From an uncultured Gemmatimonadales bacterium (GTDB taxonomy: Bacteria; Gemmatimonadota; Gemmatimonadetes; Gemmatimonadales; GWC2-71-9), in contig CAWHFW010000005.1 of the NCBI GenBank assembly GCA_963828735.1, positions 2,656,001 to 2,720,000 on the forward strand: 64,000 nt of DNA, in the 5' to 3' direction. How positions within the stretch are numbered: position 1 is the stretch's first letter; each line of letters begins with the position of its first letter. Shown here one piece after another: positions 9,562 through 19,059 of this stretch. The notes under the pieces were generated by a model. It was not told the DNA's origin, made no database searches, and saw only the letters and a list, made by a program, of their open reading frames with translations. Both the position numbers and the translations under genes were made by a program.

Positions 9562-10361
9562 AGGATCCGCCAGTCGGTCCAGATGCCCATCGAGCAGAGA
9601 CGGACGTAGATGTCGGCGAAGGCGACGGAGAACAGGCTGCACCACGCCCACCGCATGTGGCCGCGGTTGAGGCAGCTCGAGCAGGCGTAGAGCTGTCGCC
9701 GCACGGGACGGCCCGAGAGCCGGTCCAGGTAGCCGCCGATCACGTGGCGCATGGAGTGGCAGCCCAGCGTGTATCCACCGAGCAGGAAGACGTTGGTCGC
9801 GAGCACGAGCGTGCCGACGCCGATGCCGAACGTCGTCCGGCCGGTGGCGGCGTCGGTGAACCAGAGCGCCTTCCAGACATCGGACAGGAGCACCACCAGG
9901 AAGCCGAGCGCGACGTAGAGGAAATAGCGGTGGATGTTCTGGACGATGAGCGGAAACGACGCCTCGCCCCGGTACCGGGCCCGCGGCTCGCCGACGGTGC
10001 AGGCGGGTGGGTCGGCCCAGAAGGCCTTGTAGTAGGCGCCCCGATAGTAGTAGCACGTCACCCGGAATATCCCCGGGAAGGGGAGGATCAGGAGCGCCGG
10101 CGAGAACGGCAGCCAGGCCGGCCACCATCCCGGCTTCGCCCCGAACCAGGCGTGGGGCGAGTCCCCGAACAGCTCGGGCGAGTAGAAGGGCGAGAGATAC
10201 GGCCCGTACGTGTAGTGTGCGCCCTGGAACGCTGCCCACGTCGCGTACACCATGAAGCTGGAGAGCACGAGAAACACGACGGCGGGCTGGATCCACCACG
10301 CGTCGCGGCGCATGGTCGCACCGAAGCGGCGGCGGGTGAGCTGGTGGGGCACATCGGCCAT
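9558..10361 (-). CDS. SDH membrane anchor, actinobacterial Sdh1 (Rv0249c-like) type
   Basis: Several TM helices; YLSPFYSP, TCYYYRGAYYKAFW, NIHRYF, GCHSMRH, LNRGHM; first gene of the operon. Confidence 0.8.
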   Translation of the reverse strand: MADVPHQLTRRRFGATMRRDAWWIQPAVVFLVLSSFMVYATWAAFQGAHYTYGPYLSPFYSPELFGDSPHAWFGAKPGWWPAWLPFSPALLILPFPGIFRVTCYYYRGAYYKAFWADPPACTVGEPRARYRGEASFPLIVQNIHRYFLYVALGFLVVLLSDVWKALWFTDAATGRTTFGIGVGTLVLATNVFLLGGYTLGCHSMRHVIGGYLDRLSGRPVRRQLYACSSCLNRGHMRWAWCSLFSVAFADIYVRLCSMGIWTDWRIL

Positions 10362-10524
10362 GGACTCGATCCTCCGAGGGGATACCCCAAGATGCCTTAG
10401 CCCGTCCGGGCTGGCCAGCGCCAGACGGCCTGGCGGAGGGTCCAGGGGACGCGTGTCTTGCCCTGTGCCGCCCGACGTCATATATGATGATTGCGGCGCA
10501 ACCCGTCGCCCGGCGGCCCCGAGC

Positions 10525-11235
10525 ATGCAGCTGACCCTCCTCGAATCCGAACGTAGCTTCCTTCGCTCCGCTGAATGCGCCGCGTTGAGCATCGTGGCGC
10601 ACCTGGGAATCATCTGGGCTGCCATGACCGCCACCGACGGCGGCTTCCACCTTCCAGTCACCGAGCGGGACGCCCGACTCATGTTCCTGCTCCCGCCCGA
10701 CCGGATCCCCGCGGCCGAGCGCGAGTCCAAGATTCCCCGGGTGGGGAAGCTGGGCGCTGGCCTCGAGGAGGCCGACGCCGCCGGTCCGGGCGAGGGCATG
10801 CGCCTGCAGGCCGCGGCCTCCACCTCGCGTGCCCACAGAAAGGGCACGCGGAGCGGTCCCCGCAAGGACCTGCCGATCGCCCCGACGCCCTACGTTCCCG
10901 ATAGCGTCTACAGCGCGCTCCAGGTGGACCAGATGGTGGAGCGCTTCGAGAGCAGCGCCGCTCCGATCTACCCACCAGAGCTCATCCAGCGCGGCGTCGA
11001 GGGGCAGGTAGACGCGACCTACGTGGTCGATACCCTGGGGGCCGTGGACACGGCCACCTTCGAGGTGCTGCAGAGCGACGACTCACTCTTCACGGAGTCG
11101 GTCCGGACGGCGTTGGCCGACATGCGGTTCCGGCCGGCCAAGCGGTCGGGGAAGACGGTGCGTCAACTGGTGGCCCAGCGGTTCCGCTTCAAGATCGCCC
11201 CGACGACGCCGCCGGCCGTGAACGGTCCGAGCTGA
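10525..11235 (+). CDS. Energy transducer TonB-family protein
   Basis: N-terminal TM with a His; C-terminal PIYPPELIQRGVEGQV...VVDTLG...RFRPAK. Confidence 0.82.
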   Translation: MQLTLLESERSFLRSAECAALSIVAHLGIIWAAMTATDGGFHLPVTERDARLMFLLPPDRIPAAERESKIPRVGKLGAGLEEADAAGPGEGMRLQAAASTSRAHRKGTRSGPRKDLPIAPTPYVPDSVYSALQVDQMVERFESSAAPIYPPELIQRGVEGQVDATYVVDTLGAVDTATFEVLQSDDSLFTESVRTALADMRFRPAKRSGKTVRQLVAQRFRFKIAPTTPPAVNGPS

Positions 11236-11304
11236 CAGATCATCGCCGCTGCGGTTGCGGCCGGCGCCGTAGCAATAGAAGGTCGCAACAGGTTGGGAGG
11301 CGGC

Positions 11305-11943
11305 ATGCGCCTGACCGTCGTTTCATCCATCGCCTCGGTATGGCTGTCGGTATCCCTTTCGGCGTGCGGCTCCATACAGAGCGCCGTGGCGCCCGCCGCC
11401 CTGTCCACTCGTGAAACGCCCGCCATCGGCTCGGTGCCCGACGGGATCCTGCTCGACGTCATCCGGCACAGCGAGCTGATCGTGCTCGCCGTCCCGCAGG
11501 ACTTGCTCCCGGCGACCGGCTCCCTCAGCCCCACGATCCAGTTTGGTGCCAAGGAGACGTGGTACAACGTCAAGCTCACGGTGGATTCGCTGCTGAAGGG
11601 GCGGCTTGGCCACGCCAAGTCACCCGACTACGGATGGCTTCCCCCGGCCTTCCAGCCTCCCGCGCCGTTCGCTCAGCTGGAACGCAACGAGATCGTGATC
11701 CAGTATCCTGCCGTCACCGCGATGAATAGCGACTGGGCGGCCGCGCCGCCGCCGGTCGTCGGCGAGCGCGCGGTCTTCCTGTTCAGGCGATGCTGGAACT
11801 GCATCACGCTCGGCATCGCTACCGGGCGAGGCCAGTACAAGGCGAATCCGCTGGTGGCGACAGGGTGGGGAAGCAAGCTCGACGCGGCGGAGTGGCCGCG
11901 GGTGGTGGCGCTTCTCACGCAGGCCAAGGGAGGGTGGAAGTAG
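11305..11943 (+). CDS. Hypothetical lipoprotein
   Basis: Signal peptide with LSAC lipobox; GGGAGG RBS; contains CWNC. Confidence 0.7.
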   Translation: MRLTVVSSIASVWLSVSLSACGSIQSAVAPAALSTRETPAIGSVPDGILLDVIRHSELIVLAVPQDLLPATGSLSPTIQFGAKETWYNVKLTVDSLLKGRLGHAKSPDYGWLPPAFQPPAPFAQLERNEIVIQYPAVTAMNSDWAAAPPPVVGERAVFLFRRCWNCITLGIATGRGQYKANPLVATGWGSKLDAAEWPRVVALLTQAKGGWK

Positions 11944-11951
11944 GACTGACC

Positions 11952-11984
11952 GTTCGACTGTGGCGTCGAGTTCGACTGTGGCGT
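11952..11984 (+). repeat. 15-bp direct repeat (two copies, 18-bp period)
   Basis: GTTCGACTGTGGCGT at 11952-11966 and 11970-11984. Confidence 0.8.
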
Positions 11985-12113
11985 TTTGTCGTGGAAACCA
12001 GCCCGCCGCAGCCGAGCCCCGCGCGCGTAGAATCGGCATCCGGATGACGAGCGACGGCCTTGCCGCTGCCCCGCCAGGCGGTACTCTAGGATACCGCCTT
12101 TCTAGGCAGGGCC

Positions 12114-14378
12114 GTGCTCGATCCGCTCGACGACCTCCAGATTGCCCTCGAAGGCCGCTACGCGATCGAGCGGGAGATCGGGCACGGCGGCATGGCCGTG
12201 GTCTACCGTGCCCGCGATCTCCGCCACGACCGCACCGTCGCGCTCAAGGTGCTGCAGCCCGGTTTCAGCGCGAACCTCGGCGCCGAGCGGTTCCTGCGGG
12301 AGATCCGACTTATCGCCCGCCTGCAACATCCGCACCTCCTGCCGCTGTACGACTCCGGCGACGCCGGCGGCCTCCTGTACTATGTCATGCCCTGCATCGA
12401 CGACGGCTCGCTTCGCGATCTGCTCAAGCAGGAGGGCCGCCTCCCACCGGCGCGGGCGCTCCACCTCGCGCGGGAGGTGGCGGACGCCCTCGACTACGCG
12501 CACCGCCAGGGCGTGATCCACCGGGACATCAAGCCCGAGAACATCCTGCTCGAGGAAGGCCACGCGATCGTGGCCGACTTCGGCGTCGCCCGGGCGGTGA
12601 GCGCGGCGAGCGAGCGCGGGCAGACCGAGTCCGGCGTCCTGACCGGCACACCCACGTACATGAGCCCCGAGCAGGCCGACGGAAATGCGCCGCTCGACGG
12701 CCGGAGCGACCTCTACTCGCTCGGCTGCGTGCTGTATGAGATGCTCGCCGGGCATCCCCCATTCACCGCGGGCTCGCCGATCGCGCAGATCACCCGCCGG
12801 CTCACCGAGCCCGCCCCGACGCTCCGCTCGGCGGGTGTGCCGGCGCCCGCGCCGCTCCAGGACCTGCTGGACCGGCTCCTGGCCCGCCAGCCGGCGGAGC
12901 GGATTGCATCGGCGGGCGAGCTCGCCATCCAGCTGGCCGAGCTCGATCGGGGGCCGACCCGGGGAACGGGAACGCCGGCTGAGGCCGCACCGCGCCGGCT
13001 CGCCGCGATGGCCGTGCTGCCATTTGTCAACGTGAGCGCCGATCCAGAGAACGAGTACTTCAGTGACGGCATGACCGATGAGCTGATCACCGCGCTCGGC
13101 CGGGTCGAGGGGCTGCGCGTAGTCTCGCGCGGGTCGGCATTCACGTTCAAGGGCAAGGACGTGGACGCGCGCGAGGTGGGGCAGCGCCTCAACGTGGGCG
13201 CGGTGCTCGAGGGAAGCGTGCGGCGCGCTGGCGACCGCATCCGGGTGTCGGCGCAGCTCGTGAACTCGGCGGACGGCTATCAGCTCTGGTCCGACTCATA
13301 CGAGCGGACGCTGGCCGATGTGTTCGCGCTCCAGGAGGAGCTGACCCAGGCCATCGTCGGGTCGCTACCCCTGGCCGCGCCGCCGTCCCGGCCCAGCACG
13401 CTGGTGCGGCCGTCCACCAGTACCACCGAGGCGTACACGCTGTACCTCCGCGGCCGCTTCGAGGCACTCAAGCGGTCGCTGCCGGGGCTCATCGCCGCGA
13501 TCGACTACTTCGAGCGGGCGCTCGAGCGCGACCCGCGCTACGCGCTGGCCCACGCGGCCCTGGCAGAGTGCTGGTTCCTCAGGGGCTTCGAGGAGTTCGG
13601 CGACCTCGCGCCGCTCGAGGCCATGCCACGCGGCAAGGCCGCCGTGCGGCGGGCGCTCGAGCTCGAGCCCGACCTGGCCGAGGGGCACTGCTGGAGCGGC
13701 ACGGGGAGCCTGCTGTTCGACTGGGACTGGACGGCCGCCGAGACGTCGTTCCACCGTGCGGTCGAGCTCCGGGCCGACTACTCGCTGGCGCATACCTGGT
13801 ACGCGGTGTTCCTCATGGCGCGCGGACGACACGACGAGGCGATCGCCCGGAGTCAGCTCGCCGCCGAGCTCGACCCGCTCGTGCTCGCCATTCAGGCGCT
13901 CATCGGCCAGTGCCACCACTTCGCGGGCCGATTCGACGAGGCGCTCGTCCGCCACCGGTCGACGCTCGAGTTGGACCCAGGCAACCTGCAGGCGCTGCTC
14001 TGGTCGTCCCGGACCTACCGGGCGCTGCGGCGTCCGGCCGACGCGTTGCCCCTGGTCGAGCGCGCGCTCGCGCAGTGGGGCCGGATGCCCGCCCTGCTCG
14101 GCGAGCTGGGGACGGTGCTCGCGCCCCTCGGCCGCCAAGACGAGGCGCGCGCGGTCCTCGCCGAGCTCGGCGGGATGGCGGAACGGCGATACGTCTCACC
14201 GTTCTTCGAGGCTGGGATCTGCGGGGCGTTGGGGCTTGAGGAGCAGTGCCGCTACAAGTGCGAGCGCATGGAAGAGGCGCGATCCGGGATCATCCCGTTT
14301 CTCGGCGATCCGGCGTGGGACTGGTACGTGGAATCCGCATGGTTCCGGGACCTGTTGCGGCGGACGGGCGTGCGCTGA
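12114..14378 (+). CDS. Ser/Thr protein kinase with TolB-N-like and TPR domains
   Basis: GHGGMAVVY, VALK, HRDIKPEN, DFG, YMSPE; AVLPFVNVSADPENEYFSDGMTDELI; TPRs. Confidence 0.93.
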   Translation: MLDPLDDLQIALEGRYAIEREIGHGGMAVVYRARDLRHDRTVALKVLQPGFSANLGAERFLREIRLIARLQHPHLLPLYDSGDAGGLLYYVMPCIDDGSLRDLLKQEGRLPPARALHLAREVADALDYAHRQGVIHRDIKPENILLEEGHAIVADFGVARAVSAASERGQTESGVLTGTPTYMSPEQADGNAPLDGRSDLYSLGCVLYEMLAGHPPFTAGSPIAQITRRLTEPAPTLRSAGVPAPAPLQDLLDRLLARQPAERIASAGELAIQLAELDRGPTRGTGTPAEAAPRRLAAMAVLPFVNVSADPENEYFSDGMTDELITALGRVEGLRVVSRGSAFTFKGKDVDAREVGQRLNVGAVLEGSVRRAGDRIRVSAQLVNSADGYQLWSDSYERTLADVFALQEELTQAIVGSLPLAAPPSRPSTLVRPSTSTTEAYTLYLRGRFEALKRSLPGLIAAIDYFERALERDPRYALAHAALAECWFLRGFEEFGDLAPLEAMPRGKAAVRRALELEPDLAEGHCWSGTGSLLFDWDWTAAETSFHRAVELRADYSLAHTWYAVFLMARGRHDEAIARSQLAAELDPLVLAIQALIGQCHHFAGRFDEALVRHRSTLELDPGNLQALLWSSRTYRALRRPADALPLVERALAQWGRMPALLGELGTVLAPLGRQDEARAVLAELGGMAERRYVSPFFEAGICGALGLEEQCRYKCERMEEARSGIIPFLGDPAWDWYVESAWFRDLLRRTGVR

Positions 14379-14465
14379 GCTCGGCGCAGGGCGGGGGTCC
14401 GGCGCTCGCCTCCCGAAATGGTTGCGGCGGAAGACCCCTTTCCGCTCCTGGCGCGAGGCCATCTC

Positions 14466-14494
14466 TTGACGCCTCGCGTTCCGCGCCGTAGGCT
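14466..14494 (+). promoter_or_regulatory. sigma70-like promoter
   Basis: TTGACG-N17-TAGGCT upstream of the ATG at 14550. Confidence 0.55.
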
Positions 14495-14549
14495 CTCCGA
14501 ACCCTCGAAGAAAAGACTCGAGCGTTCCGGCCGGCTCCTGGAGGAAGCC

Positions 14550-15905
14550 ATGCGACTCGTCATGGCGCTGGGTGCAGTCGCGCTCTCCCTGTCCGCCTGC
14601 GGCGGTGGCGACGACAACGGTCCCTCGCCGTCGCCGGATCCCACCCGTCTCGCGTTCCAGGTCCAACCGACCACGACCACTGCCGGACAGCCGATCACGC
14701 CCGCCGTCCAGGTCGCACTGCAGGACGCGTCCGGCAACCTGGTCACGGCCGCGACGAACCCGGTGACGCTCGCCCTCGGCGTGAATCCATCCGGGGCGAC
14801 GCTCGGCGGCATTGCCACGGCGAATCCGGTGAATGGCGTCGCCACCTTCGCCGACCTTGCGATCAACAAGTCGGGCACGGGCTACACCCTGAGCGCGACG
14901 TCCACCGGTCTGACCGCAGCCACCAGTGCGGCATTCGATGCGACGCCGATTCCCGGACTCGCGGCGGCGATCGCGCCGTCGGCGGGCGACGGCCAGAGTG
15001 CCACGGTGGGCCAAGCGTTGGCGACCAATCCAGCGGTGACGGTCACAGATGGACTGGGTGATCCGGTCGCTGGCGTGGTCGTTACCTTCGCGGTCGACGC
15101 GGGAGGTGGCACCGCCGCCGGTCTGGAACAGACGACGGATGCCGCTGGCGTGGCCACTGTAGGGCCATGGACACTCGGGACGACCGCTGGCCTGAACCGG
15201 CTCACCGCCACCTCGTCGGGGCTGGAGGGCAGCCCCGTGACCTTCACCGCTACCGGGACGGCGGGGCCGGCCACCGCGATGCTTCAGAATTCGGGCGACA
15301 ACCAGGTCGCCAGCCTCGGATCTGCCGTGGCAGAGGCGCCGTCTGTGTTCGTGACCGACGCCTTCGAGAACCCGGTTGTAGGGGTCGGGGTCACATTCGA
15401 GGTGACGGCGGGTGGCGGCGAGGTGACCGAGGCATCGCAGGTCACCGATCCGGACGGCGTCGCGACCGTAGGGAGCTGGAGGCTGGGTGGTACGGCTGGG
15501 CCGAACAAGCTGAAAGCGACGTCATCGGGGCTGACCGGCTCGCCGGTGACCTTCAGCGCCACGGCCACGACCTTCCCGACCAGCGTGACCGTCGAAGTGC
15601 ATACGAACTTCTTCCTCAGCGTGCGGAACGGCAGCGGCGCCAATCCGGGCGTGTTCGGCTCGGTCGCCGTGGACACGGTCGCCGTCGGCGGCACGGTGAC
15701 ATGGGAGTGGGCCGGCCAGCAGCACAACGTCACGCCATACGGGAACTCGGCGTTCACGGCGAGCTCCACGCAAAGCGCGCCCGCCACGTTCGGTCCGATC
15801 GCCTTCACGGCGCCGGGCACGTATGTCTACCGCTGCACGATTCACAGTATGGTGGTGGACATACTAGGCCTGGTGGGCATGAGGGGCGAGATCGTCGTTC
15901 GCTAG
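14550..15905 (+). CDS. Lipoprotein with tandem Ig-like domains and a C-terminal cupredoxin domain
   Basis: LSAC lipobox, GGAGG RBS, repeated G-D-x-Q...WTLG...GSPVTF modules; QHNV...YRCTIH...GMRG. Confidence 0.82.
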   Translation: MRLVMALGAVALSLSACGGGDDNGPSPSPDPTRLAFQVQPTTTTAGQPITPAVQVALQDASGNLVTAATNPVTLALGVNPSGATLGGIATANPVNGVATFADLAINKSGTGYTLSATSTGLTAATSAAFDATPIPGLAAAIAPSAGDGQSATVGQALATNPAVTVTDGLGDPVAGVVVTFAVDAGGGTAAGLEQTTDAAGVATVGPWTLGTTAGLNRLTATSSGLEGSPVTFTATGTAGPATAMLQNSGDNQVASLGSAVAEAPSVFVTDAFENPVVGVGVTFEVTAGGGEVTEASQVTDPDGVATVGSWRLGGTAGPNKLKATSSGLTGSPVTFSATATTFPTSVTVEVHTNFFLSVRNGSGANPGVFGSVAVDTVAVGGTVTWEWAGQQHNVTPYGNSAFTASSTQSAPATFGPIAFTAPGTYVYRCTIHSMVVDILGLVGMRGEIVVR

Positions 15906-15949
15906 GCCGCGTTGCTTGGGCCTCCCTCGGCGCCCGGAACGCCGAGCAG

Positions 15950-17113
15950 CTACCGGATCGCCTGCACCACCGGAACCTTCGACGCCCGCCGCGCCGGAAA
16001 GAACCCGCCCACCATCCCCATTACGACCGCGAAGATGAGCCCCGCCAGCAGCAGTACCGGCGTGATCCGAAAGCTGAACGCGATCTCGCTGAAGTTTGCC
16101 CAGTTGGTCGTGCTGGTCACGATCCCGTTCATCGGCAACGCCAGCAGACACCCGATGATCCCGCCGATCCCCGCGATCACCGCCGACTCCGCGAGGAAGC
16201 TCGCGAGGATGCTCCTCGGCCTGAATCCGAGCGTCAGGAGCACAGCGATCTCCGGCGCCCGCGAGGCTACCGCGGCATACATGGTGTTGACCGCCCCGAA
16301 CACCGCCCCCACCGCCATGATCCCGGTGATCATGATCGCGAGGATCCGGAGGATCCGTCCGAGCAGCTCCGACTGCTTGGCGTAGAAGGCGGACTCGCGG
16401 TACACGTCCACCGTCACCCGCTTGTCGGCCTCGAGCATGCGCTTGGCCTCGTCGAACGAGGCCGGATCCGCCAGGCGGAACGCGAGCGACTGAAAGCCCT
16501 GGCGGCGCATGGCCGGCATGATCTGCTCGTTCTCACCCCAGATCTCCGACTCGAAGGCCGACCCCGCGGCCGCGAAGTGGCAGGTCACGGTCCACGGCTG
16601 GCCGGCGAAGTGCATCGTCTCGCCGATGCCGGTATTGGGAAACCGCCCGACCAGCCGCTTGCCCACGCAGATCTCGTTCTTCCCCGCCGCCGGGCGGGTG
16701 CCCTCGAGCAGCGCCACGTTGTTCCGCACCTGCCACGCCTGCGCGCTCACCCCGCGCACCACGACGTTGGCGAGCTTGGTGGTGTCGCCCATGCGGCCGA
16801 GCGGGATGACGACATACACCTCCGGGCTCGCGAGCGCCCGCCCGTCGGGGGCGCGCGCCACGTGGGGCGAGGCAACCAGCGTGTTGATCGCGTCCCGGTC
16901 GAGCCCGCTCGACATCTCGGAGTCGGCGCCTTTCCGCAGCACGAGCACGTTCCGCTCGGAGCCGGTGCGGGTGAGCGCCGCGGCGAAGCCGTTGGCCAGT
17001 GCCAGCATCCCGATGAATACCGCGACCACGAGCCCGATGCCGAGCGCCGTGAGGGCGGTGGACACGGGGCGCTGCCGGACGCTCCGCAGGTTGTAGGTGA
17101 GCGGGATCTTCAT
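15950..17113 (-). CDS. MacB/FtsX-family ABC transporter permease
   Basis: MKIPLTYNLRS, TM plus periplasmic domain, EIAVLLTLGF. Confidence 0.9.
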   Translation of the reverse strand: MKIPLTYNLRSVRQRPVSTALTALGIGLVVAVFIGMLALANGFAAALTRTGSERNVLVLRKGADSEMSSGLDRDAINTLVASPHVARAPDGRALASPEVYVVIPLGRMGDTTKLANVVVRGVSAQAWQVRNNVALLEGTRPAAGKNEICVGKRLVGRFPNTGIGETMHFAGQPWTVTCHFAAAGSAFESEIWGENEQIMPAMRRQGFQSLAFRLADPASFDEAKRMLEADKRVTVDVYRESAFYAKQSELLGRILRILAIMITGIMAVGAVFGAVNTMYAAVASRAPEIAVLLTLGFRPRSILASFLAESAVIAGIGGIIGCLLALPMNGIVTSTTNWANFSEIAFSFRITPVLLLAGLIFAVVMGMVGGFFPARRASKVPVVQAIR

Positions 17114-18252
17114 TCGACGTTCCTCAAGGCCGCCACCACCGGGAGCCGAGCGGCGCGGACGGCCGGCACGATGCCGCTCGCGAGCATCAGGAGCAGCGCG
17201 ATGACGGCGCCGATGCCCAGGGTCTGCCCGTTGACGTCGAAGCCCGGAAGGAATCCGGCCGCGTTGAAGTTGGTCGCCTTGTAGAGGATCTTCGCCGCGC
17301 CGAGCCCGATGACGGCGCCGGTCACGGTGATGAGGCCGGCCTCGACCATCACGAGCCCGAACAGGCGGCGGTCGGAAAAGCCGATGGTCTTGAGCACCGC
17401 CAGCTCGCGGGTTCGCTCGCGGGCGCTCATCATCATCGCGTTCGCCGCCACGAGCAGGATCGCGAACACCACCGCCATGCCGATGGTGTTCATCAGCAGG
17501 CTCACGTTGCCCCACATGGTGGCGAAGCTGGCGTTGAACGCCTGCTCGGTGCCCGTCTTGGTCGGTGCGCTCGAGTTGCGGAACAGGTCGTCGATCGTCT
17601 TGCCGACGATGGGCCCGTTCTGCGGGTGATCGATCTGCATGATGTACCAGCCGGCCATCCCGTTCCGCCCCGAGCGCTCGTCGAGGTATTCCCAGTGGAA
17701 CATCATCGCGTCGTCGTTGATCACCGGGTCGGTCGGCGTGTAGACGCCGCGAACGGTAAAGGTCCAGTCCCCCGGATAGATGGTGCCCCGGAGCGTCACG
17801 TTCTGGCCCACCTTCCAGCCGAACAGGTCGACCAGCCGCGCGCCGATGAGCGCGCCCGAGCGGTCCTGGAGGAACGCCTCGCGCTGGTCGGCCGGCACGG
17901 ACATCTCGGGATAGAGGTCGAGATAGGTCTTCGCGTCTATGGCGAAATTGGCGAAGAACCGCTTGCCGTCGCCGTACTGTCCGCCGAACCAGTTGGCCCA
18001 GGTGACCTTCTCGATGCCGGGCACGGTCGCGAGCCGCTGGGCGTACGATACGGGCAGCGGGAAGATGAGCCCGCTGGCATTGGTGGAGACGAGGCGTCGG
18101 GCGCTCCCGAAGTCGGCCGCCGCGCGAAGCGTGGTGATGACGGTGCGGAGCGACGCGAACAGGAAGAGCGCGAGCGCCACGCTCGCCACGGTGAGAAGGG
18201 TCCGCCGCTTGTGGCGGCCGAGATAGGCCGTGACGAGGGGAAGGAATCTCAT
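17110..18252 (-). CDS. MacB/FtsX-family ABC transporter permease
   Basis: RERTRELAVLKTIGF; ATGA overlaps at both ends. Confidence 0.9.
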   Translation of the reverse strand: MRFLPLVTAYLGRHKRRTLLTVASVALALFLFASLRTVITTLRAAADFGSARRLVSTNASGLIFPLPVSYAQRLATVPGIEKVTWANWFGGQYGDGKRFFANFAIDAKTYLDLYPEMSVPADQREAFLQDRSGALIGARLVDLFGWKVGQNVTLRGTIYPGDWTFTVRGVYTPTDPVINDDAMMFHWEYLDERSGRNGMAGWYIMQIDHPQNGPIVGKTIDDLFRNSSAPTKTGTEQAFNASFATMWGNVSLLMNTIGMAVVFAILLVAANAMMMSARERTRELAVLKTIGFSDRRLFGLVMVEAGLITVTGAVIGLGAAKILYKATNFNAAGFLPGFDVNGQTLGIGAVIALLLMLASGIVPAVRAARLPVVAALRNVE

Positions 18253-18959
18253 GAGGCCGCTCCCGCCGTGACCGACGCTGGCTGGCCCTGCTCCACGAAC
18301 GTGCCCTTCTCGAGGTGGAGCTGGCGCTTCGCGCGCGTGGAGACCTGTGGGTCGTGCGTCACCACGATCACCGTCTTGTCGAACTCGGTATTGAGCCGGC
18401 CCAGGAGTGCGAGCACCTCCTGCGAGCTCTTGGCGTCGAGCTGTCCGGTGGGCTCGTCCAGGAGGATCAGCGTCGGATCCGCCACGACCGCGCGCGCGAT
18501 CGCCACCCGCTGCTCCTGGCCGCCCGAGAGCTGGCGCGGGTAGTGGTAGAGCCGGTCGTCGAGGCCGACGACGCCGAGCGCGATGCGCACCCGCTCCTCG
18601 CGCTCTCTCTTCGAGAGCCGCGTGAGCAGGAGCGGGAGCTCGACGTTCTGGAACGCGGTGAGCACGGGCAGGAGGTTGAACGACTGGAAGACGAACCCCA
18701 CGTTCCGCGAGCGCCATTCCGCGAGCTGCGCCGGCGTCATGGCGCTCACTTCGGCACCGCCGACGCGCACCGTGCCCTTGGTGGGCTTGTCGAGCCCCGC
18801 GATCAGGTTGAGCAGGGTGGACTTGCCTGAGCCCGACGGTCCCATGAGGGCGGTGAAGGTGCCTTGCCCGATGTCCATCGAGAGGCCATGAAAGACGTCG
18901 ATCCGCTCGGCGTCGCGGTGGAACGTCTTGTGGACGTCCCGGATTTCTACCAGCGCCAT
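18249..18959 (-). CDS. ABC transporter ATP-binding protein (LolD/MacB-like)
   Basis: GPSGSGKS, LSGGQEQR, ILLDEPT. Confidence 0.95.
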   Translation of the reverse strand: MALVEIRDVHKTFHRDAERIDVFHGLSMDIGQGTFTALMGPSGSGKSTLLNLIAGLDKPTKGTVRVGGAEVSAMTPAQLAEWRSRNVGFVFQSFNLLPVLTAFQNVELPLLLTRLSKREREERVRIALGVVGLDDRLYHYPRQLSGGQEQRVAIARAVVADPTLILLDEPTGQLDAKSSQEVLALLGRLNTEFDKTVIVVTHDPQVSTRAKRQLHLEKGTFVEQGQPASVTAGAAS

Positions 18960-19059
18960 TGGTCGGTCACTCCTCGGGGCGAGAACCCCGCATGTGTCGT
19001 CCTGAGAGCCACCCCGCGAAGCCAGGCGTGCGTGTCTGACGCATGGCCCCTTGCTTCCC

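Noticed and set aside
7744..10836. 1030-aa ORF suggesting an N-terminally extended SdhA
   Set aside because: The upstream ~425 codons are an Arg/Pro/Ala-rich shadow frame over the anchor and tonB genes; SdhA similarity begins at about 9561.
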